From contig CAYZIY010000011.1 of assembly GCA_964478715.1 (NCBI GenBank), positions 1,980-65,979 on the forward strand: a stretch of 64,000 nucleotides of DNA. Direction: 5' to 3'. This DNA comes from an uncultured Planctomycetales bacterium (GTDB lineage: Bacteria; Omnitrophota; Gorgyraeia; Zapsychrales; JBDRMG01). Each line of letters opens with the position of its first letter. The stretch's first letter is position 1. Below the pieces are notes generated by a model. The model was not told the origin of the DNA. It did not search any database and saw nothing but the letters and a program-made list of their open reading frames with translations. Of the stretch, positions 59,376 through 64,000 are shown piece by piece. The translations under genes were made by a program, and so were the position numbers.

Positions 59376-60161
59376 TTATAGATATCGATAAATATATTCC
59401 GGCAGATGATATTCGATATTGGTTAACACATGACCGAGCAGATGGGCCTGGGTCTGATGCAGGAGCTCTTTAGCGCGATGGACAATCCCGCGCTGGGTGC
59501 GGCCGGCCTGGATAACCAGAATGGCGCCGTCGCATTCAGCGGCCAGGATGCCCGGATCGGTGACGGCAATCAACGGCGGGGTGTCCAGGAGAATCAGGTC
59601 GAATTTTGCTGTAAGCTTCTCAAGCAATTGTTTCATTCTCCGGGATCCCAGAAGCTCGGCCGGATGAGCCGGGGTTCCTCCGGACGGAATGAATGTTAAA
59701 TTTTCCAGGTCGATTGAAAACATGACATCCTCGACGCTGGTCTTCTCCTGCAGGACTTCCGAAAGGCCTTCTTTGGGATCAACGCCCAAATATTGAGCCA
59801 TGCGGCCGCGGCGCAGGTCGGCATCGATCAAAAGTATTCTGGGCCTATGCATGGCATGGGCCAGAGAGATGGCCAGATTGAGCGATGTGATGGTTTTACC
59901 TTCGGCTCGGATCGAGCTGGTAATGACTATTGTTTTAGGCGGTTTAGATTTATTAAGTGAAAGAAGGTTGGTGCGCAGGATTTTGTACTGCTCGGTGATC
60001 GGGCTTTTGGGATCGAAATAGGTCACGATACGCGAATCGATGCGCGAGTCTCCCATTTTGCGCACGATGACGTGCTCGGCTTCTTTGACTTTGGCGAGGC
60101 GTTCGAGCCGGCTGACTCTTTCTTCCGAGGCCTTTTTGAGTGCATTAGTGATTTTTCCCAT
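59376..60161 (-). CDS. polysaccharide-biosynthesis tyrosine autokinase (BY-kinase catalytic protein, EpsG-like)
   Basis: Walker A-like SSIRAEGKT, A' ILLIDADLRRG, B DLILLDTPP, C-terminal Tyr cluster EYIYRYL. Confidence 0.75.
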   Translation of the reverse strand: MGKITNALKKASEERVSRLERLAKVKEAEHVIVRKMGDSRIDSRIVTYFDPKSPITEQYKILRTNLLSLNKSKPPKTIVITSSIRAEGKTITSLNLAISLAHAMHRPRILLIDADLRRGRMAQYLGVDPKEGLSEVLQEKTSVEDVMFSIDLENLTFIPSGGTPAHPAELLGSRRMKQLLEKLTAKFDLILLDTPPLIAVTDPGILAAECDGAILVIQAGRTQRGIVHRAKELLHQTQAHLLGHVLTNIEYHLPEYIYRYL

Positions 60162-60178
60162 GGATGATTTCCTTTCAA

Positions 60179-61162
60179 TTATTCGCTGAATATTTGATGT
60201 TGATTGACGGAGATAATATGGTCTGACATTGGCGGATCACTTTCTGCATCGCAAGAATGATCTGATTCCGGGGGTTTATGATCGGCTGTATTTTTTTCTG
60301 TTTTATGGTGCATATTCTTATGCATGTGGGCCTGTCTTTGAAAATCTGGAGCCAGCTGGAGCATGGGCGACTCAGCGATGACTTCCAGCATGATTTTTTC
60401 ATCGATGAGTCGCCGGTCATGGGTAAAAGCTGTCAATAAGGCGCTGTCGCAGATTTGGTTAATCAGACGAGGAACACCTTGAGAAAATTTGTAGATGAGA
60501 TTGAATGCTTCAGGAGTAAAATATCTTTCCTGCAGACCACCGGCGACATGAAGGCGGTGGAGAATATATTTGCGGGTTTCTTCTTCGTTGATAGGGCTCA
60601 GGTGATAATAAACCGCGATTCGTTGACGGAATTGATCAAGCTTGTGAAGTCCCAGTTTTTTCTTAAGTTCCGGCTGGCCCATCAAAATGATTTGAATCAG
60701 TTTTTCCGTTTCGGTTTCCAGGTTGGATAACATGCGGATTTCTTCAATCACCGACGGCTTGAGGTTTTGCGCTTCATCAATGATCAAGACAACATTATGA
60801 TCATTTTGAAGCTGTTTAATCAAATACGCATTAAGCTGGGAAAGCAGACGGGCTTTGGAGCCGTTTTGAAAGTCAACTTCCAGATCCTCGAGGATGGCAT
60901 AAATCAGGTCTTTGCTGTTGATCGAGGTGTTGGTGATCAGCGCTGTTTGAGTGTCGGCGCTGAGTCTGTTAAGCAGGGTTCGGCAGACAGTCGTTTTTCC
61001 GGAGCCGATTTCACCGGTGATCACTACAAAGCCTTTTCGCTCTTCAATCGCATAAATCATGGTACTTAAGGCTTCCGTATGCTTGGGGCTGGCAAAGAAA
61101 TATTTCGAATTAGGCGTAATGTTAAAAGGCGGTTCTTTAAAACCGAAAAATTGGGTATACAT
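60179..61162 (-). CDS. ExeA-like AAA ATPase (PEP-CTERM-locus secretion ATPase type)
   Basis: Walker A GEIGSGKTT, Walker B VLIIDEAQ. Confidence 0.7.
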   Translation of the reverse strand: MYTQFFGFKEPPFNITPNSKYFFASPKHTEALSTMIYAIEERKGFVVITGEIGSGKTTVCRTLLNRLSADTQTALITNTSINSKDLIYAILEDLEVDFQNGSKARLLSQLNAYLIKQLQNDHNVVLIIDEAQNLKPSVIEEIRMLSNLETETEKLIQIILMGQPELKKKLGLHKLDQFRQRIAVYYHLSPINEEETRKYILHRLHVAGGLQERYFTPEAFNLIYKFSQGVPRLINQICDSALLTAFTHDRRLIDEKIMLEVIAESPMLQLAPDFQRQAHMHKNMHHKTEKNTADHKPPESDHSCDAESDPPMSDHIISVNQHQIFSE

Positions 61163-61192
61163 GATGCTCCTTCCTTATTCTCCGCTATTTTT

Positions 61193-62503
61193 CTAATGGA
61201 TCACATTGGCGATAAAGACCGAAATGATAACGGCCATGATTCCGGCAATGATCAGGATGCCGGCGATCCAGCGTTCTCGGGTTCTATGATCCTGATATTC
61301 GTCCATGCTGATGATGCTGGAGATGGCGCCCAGAAGCGGCTGGCCCAGATATTCTTTGGCATCCTGGACATCGAGAAAAGATTTATCCAAGAATTCGCGC
61401 ATAAAAACAAGCCCGACACCAAGCGCTAAACCGGCGATCAGTCCCATCGCGGCGGTAAGCGGTTTGTTGGGGCTGATGGGGCTGATCGGCAGAAGCGGCG
61501 GATCCAAGATCGTATAACGCGTGCCTTCTTTTGACGACTGCAGGCGCTGGGTGATTTTGGCTGTCTCGAGCCTCTGTAAAAGCATATTGTAAATCTGCTC
61601 ATTGACCTTAACATCGCGGCCCATCACGTCGTCTACTTTATCCATGATCAAAATTTTCATCATACCGTCTTCGAGGTTCCCTTCCCTTTTATCCTTGTCA
61701 GAAGAAAACTGGCCGGTTTTGATCGTGCCGCTTTGCAGATCGTCAAGCGTTTTTCTGATTTCATTAACCAGGGGGCTTGTGCTTTCTTTGCTTAAACGGG
61801 CGTCTTCGATATATTCCAGATCTTCTTTCTTGAGTTCTTCCTTCTTGGATTCGATCTGGGTGCGCAGTTTTTTGACCATCGGGTGCTCTTCGGTGGAATC
61901 GATCAAAAGCGTGTCGAGTTTTTCCTGCAGTTCGGCGATTTCGGCCGACTTGATTTTACTGCGATAGACCTGGAGCTGCTCTTCGATAAAGTTGATGGCA
62001 TCGGATGTTTCTTGGTTCTGGATTTCGACATTACGTTCGATAAAAATTTCAGTGATGGTCTTGACGATACTCTGGGTGGTTTGGGGATCTTTGCCGATGT
62101 AGGCCAGATCGATGATATTTTTTCCGGTGAGCCTGATAATTGTGTTATTGCGGATCTTTAGGATCAGTTGCTCGAATTCCTGGCGGTTTTTGATGTCTTG
62201 ATCCAGATTGAGGCGCTTAACGAGCTTGACCAGGCTGTTCCAGCCGAGCATGGATTCTTTGATCGTGGCGATGCGTTCTCCGACGGTGGTTGAGACAGCA
62301 ATCTCTTGAAACAGCGGATTATCGGTCTTGCCTTCCAGGACAAGGATTTTCGTGTTGGCTTTGTATCTTTTGGGCAGAAGCAATCCGCTGCAAATCCCGA
62401 TAATCAGTCCCGCAAAGACGGGGATGATGATGAACCATTTCCGCCGGAAGGCGATCCGCAGGTATTCCATGGGGGAAATGGATTTTTCTTGATGTTCGTC
62501 CAT
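61193..62503 (-). CDS. polysaccharide chain-length determinant (Wzz/PCP-like, EpsF-type)
   Basis: TM helices at both termini around a long coiled-coil periplasmic region. Confidence 0.65.
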   Translation of the reverse strand: MDEHQEKSISPMEYLRIAFRRKWFIIIPVFAGLIIGICSGLLLPKRYKANTKILVLEGKTDNPLFQEIAVSTTVGERIATIKESMLGWNSLVKLVKRLNLDQDIKNRQEFEQLILKIRNNTIIRLTGKNIIDLAYIGKDPQTTQSIVKTITEIFIERNVEIQNQETSDAINFIEEQLQVYRSKIKSAEIAELQEKLDTLLIDSTEEHPMVKKLRTQIESKKEELKKEDLEYIEDARLSKESTSPLVNEIRKTLDDLQSGTIKTGQFSSDKDKREGNLEDGMMKILIMDKVDDVMGRDVKVNEQIYNMLLQRLETAKITQRLQSSKEGTRYTILDPPLLPISPISPNKPLTAAMGLIAGLALGVGLVFMREFLDKSFLDVQDAKEYLGQPLLGAISSIISMDEYQDHRTRERWIAGILIIAGIMAVIISVFIANVIH

Positions 62504-62571
62504 TAAAAGGTCCTTTCTTTTCTTATGATATGAATCGTTTGTCTAAATTTTTCTTTGGATAAGCAGCATAA

Positions 62572-63375
62572 TTAAAATCCTGTGACAGCCATGCGGCCGG
62601 CGCCGGCCGCGGTGCTGACCGGTTGGGCCACGGGGGCGATCACGCGCATGGCCTTGGTCATGACGGTGGCCGGGATATAAAGCGTGTCCCCCGGTTTCAT
62701 CACCAGATTTTCTCTCAGATCTCCTTCATAGAGAAGATTAAACACATTGACATAGGTGATATCGGTTTCGCCGGAATCATTAGGGGTAATCAGGCGGCAT
62801 TTCTTGGTTGAGGCGCCGAGAGTGGGCAGTCCCGACTGGACCAGGGCCTCCCGGACAGTAATGGTGTCTCCCCGCATAAATATTTTACCCGGTTGGTACA
62901 CTTCGCCAATCACGTAGACCACTTTGCTGTTGTAACCGGTGATCTTGACGGTTACCTCTGGCGCGATGATAAATTTTTTAAGAAGAGAGGCGAGTCTATT
63001 TTGCAGCTCATCTTTAGTGAGGCCCACGGCTTGGACGTCTCCTACAAATTCGTACTGAATCTTTCCTTCATTATTAATTACGTACTCACCGCTGACCTCA
63101 GGATGTCGCAGGACGCTGATTTCAATCACATCATCCACTCCCAGAGTGTAATTGCTGGCATCACCCAAAGGCAGCTCGTCTTTAAAATCGATGGGAGCTT
63201 TCATGGTAAATTCTTCAGCGAGACCGCCGGTTTCTTTCTGTTGCAGACCAGGAACAGCCTCAGGTAAATCGGTCGTAGCCACCCCCACGGTTCCTTGCGC
63301 AGCTACCGGGCAAACGCCCAGCACAAAAGAAATGACGGACGCCCAAATGATTATTGCTATTTTGTTATTTTTCAT
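62572..63375 (-). CDS. polysaccharide export protein (Wza/OPX-like, EpsE-type)
   Basis: Signal peptide MKNNKIAIIIWASVISFVLGVCPVAAQ; PES and SLBB-like domains; ATG at 63375 with agagga RBS preferred over upstream start. Confidence 0.7.
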   Translation of the reverse strand: MKNNKIAIIIWASVISFVLGVCPVAAQGTVGVATTDLPEAVPGLQQKETGGLAEEFTMKAPIDFKDELPLGDASNYTLGVDDVIEISVLRHPEVSGEYVINNEGKIQYEFVGDVQAVGLTKDELQNRLASLLKKFIIAPEVTVKITGYNSKVVYVIGEVYQPGKIFMRGDTITVREALVQSGLPTLGASTKKCRLITPNDSGETDITYVNVFNLLYEGDLRENLVMKPGDTLYIPATVMTKAMRVIAPVAQPVSTAAGAGRMAVTGF

Positions 63376-63512
63376 TTTTTTTCCTCTTTCTGATTTCTGA
63401 TTTTTTCCCATTATCTCAAATTTGTGTAAGCCCACTTAAGCCCTGCCTTTCATGAAATATTTCTTAAACCAGGACGGTTCTTTTCAAAACGGGTTGGATT
63501 TAAGGACATCGT

Positions 63513-63698
63513 TTAGGCCTCAAAGACTGCTTCGTGAAATTGTTTAATGTGGGCTACGTCTGTGTCGTCGTAGACTCGCCATCCGCGCCAATCTCTTTTA
63601 GGTTTCCTTACTTTTCCTACTTTTTCCCAGCGGGCAATTGTTTTCGGACTTACGCCCACCAAACCCGCAACATCGGTAATTGTCAGCCTTTTGTTCAC
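63513..63698 (-). CDS. MerR/excisionase-type helix-turn-helix protein (61 aa)
   Basis: LTITDVAGLVGVSPKTIARWEKVGK HTH. Confidence 0.45.
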   Translation of the reverse strand: MNKRLTITDVAGLVGVSPKTIARWEKVGKVRKPKRDWRGWRVYDDTDVAHIKQFHEAVFEA

Positions 63699-64000
63699 CT
63701 TCGACTCCTCCTTTACAACAAATTCTTTTAAGCTTTTTCTTACTCCTTATTTTTTAATTTAAATTCTCTACCCTTTTAAGAAGCAATTATTATGCCAGTA
63801 ACAGTATTCTTTAGCAAGAGTTTATTTTTGGCTTCTAATTTAATATAAATCAACATGTTACCGCACAATTATTATAAGTGGCCTTTAGTCCCATTCAGGA
63901 TAAATTTGACCAAGCGTCTAAATGTCTCAACATTACTGTCTATGACATACCAGGACAAAGTGTTTAAAGACTTCCCCTGGTTGACGTTAAGGATTATGTT

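Overview
Every supported gene in this 64-kb bacterial window lies on the minus strand. Coordinates ~1-23.4 kb carry housekeeping and accessory genes. In order: a HelD-like helicase, a B12-binding radical SAM protein, an ADP-ribosylglycohydrolase, a deleted nicotinamidase relic, and a small radical SAM/SGNH/methyltransferase/MFS group. Then prfC, pnp with a frameshifted DksA/TraR-like ORF upstream, and a cobalamin-riboswitch-controlled BtuB-like TonB receptor. The last unit in this stretch is a GAF-histidine kinase / sigma-54 NtrC-type regulator operon. From ~23.6 kb to the end is a ~40-kb exosortase/PEP-CTERM exopolysaccharide locus. It contains six tandem acidic PEP-CTERM substrate genes and a priming sugar transferase that carries an internal PEP-CTERM-like module. 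It also has EpsI, an exosortase, about 12 glycosyltransferases (GT4 and GT2), Wzx, a Wzy-like polymerase, two glycoside-hydrolase candidates, an acyltransferase, a methyltransferase, an asparagine-synthase-like amidotransferase and an epimerase. Its export/chain-length genes are a BY-kinase, an ExeA-like ATPase, a Wzz-like protein and a Wza-like exporter. Two things interrupt this locus. One is a defence/toxin-antitoxin islet: a COG1373 ATPase-nuclease bracketed by 31-bp direct repeats plus a palindrome, a DUF1016N-SNase fusion, and an AbiEi/AbiEii pair. The other is a second COG1373 ATPase with a leaderless consensus promoter. Other observations are mosaic tandem GT2 paralogs, TGTGAC and CAGGCT repeat arrays in regulatory gaps, and the strict single-strand gene orientation.
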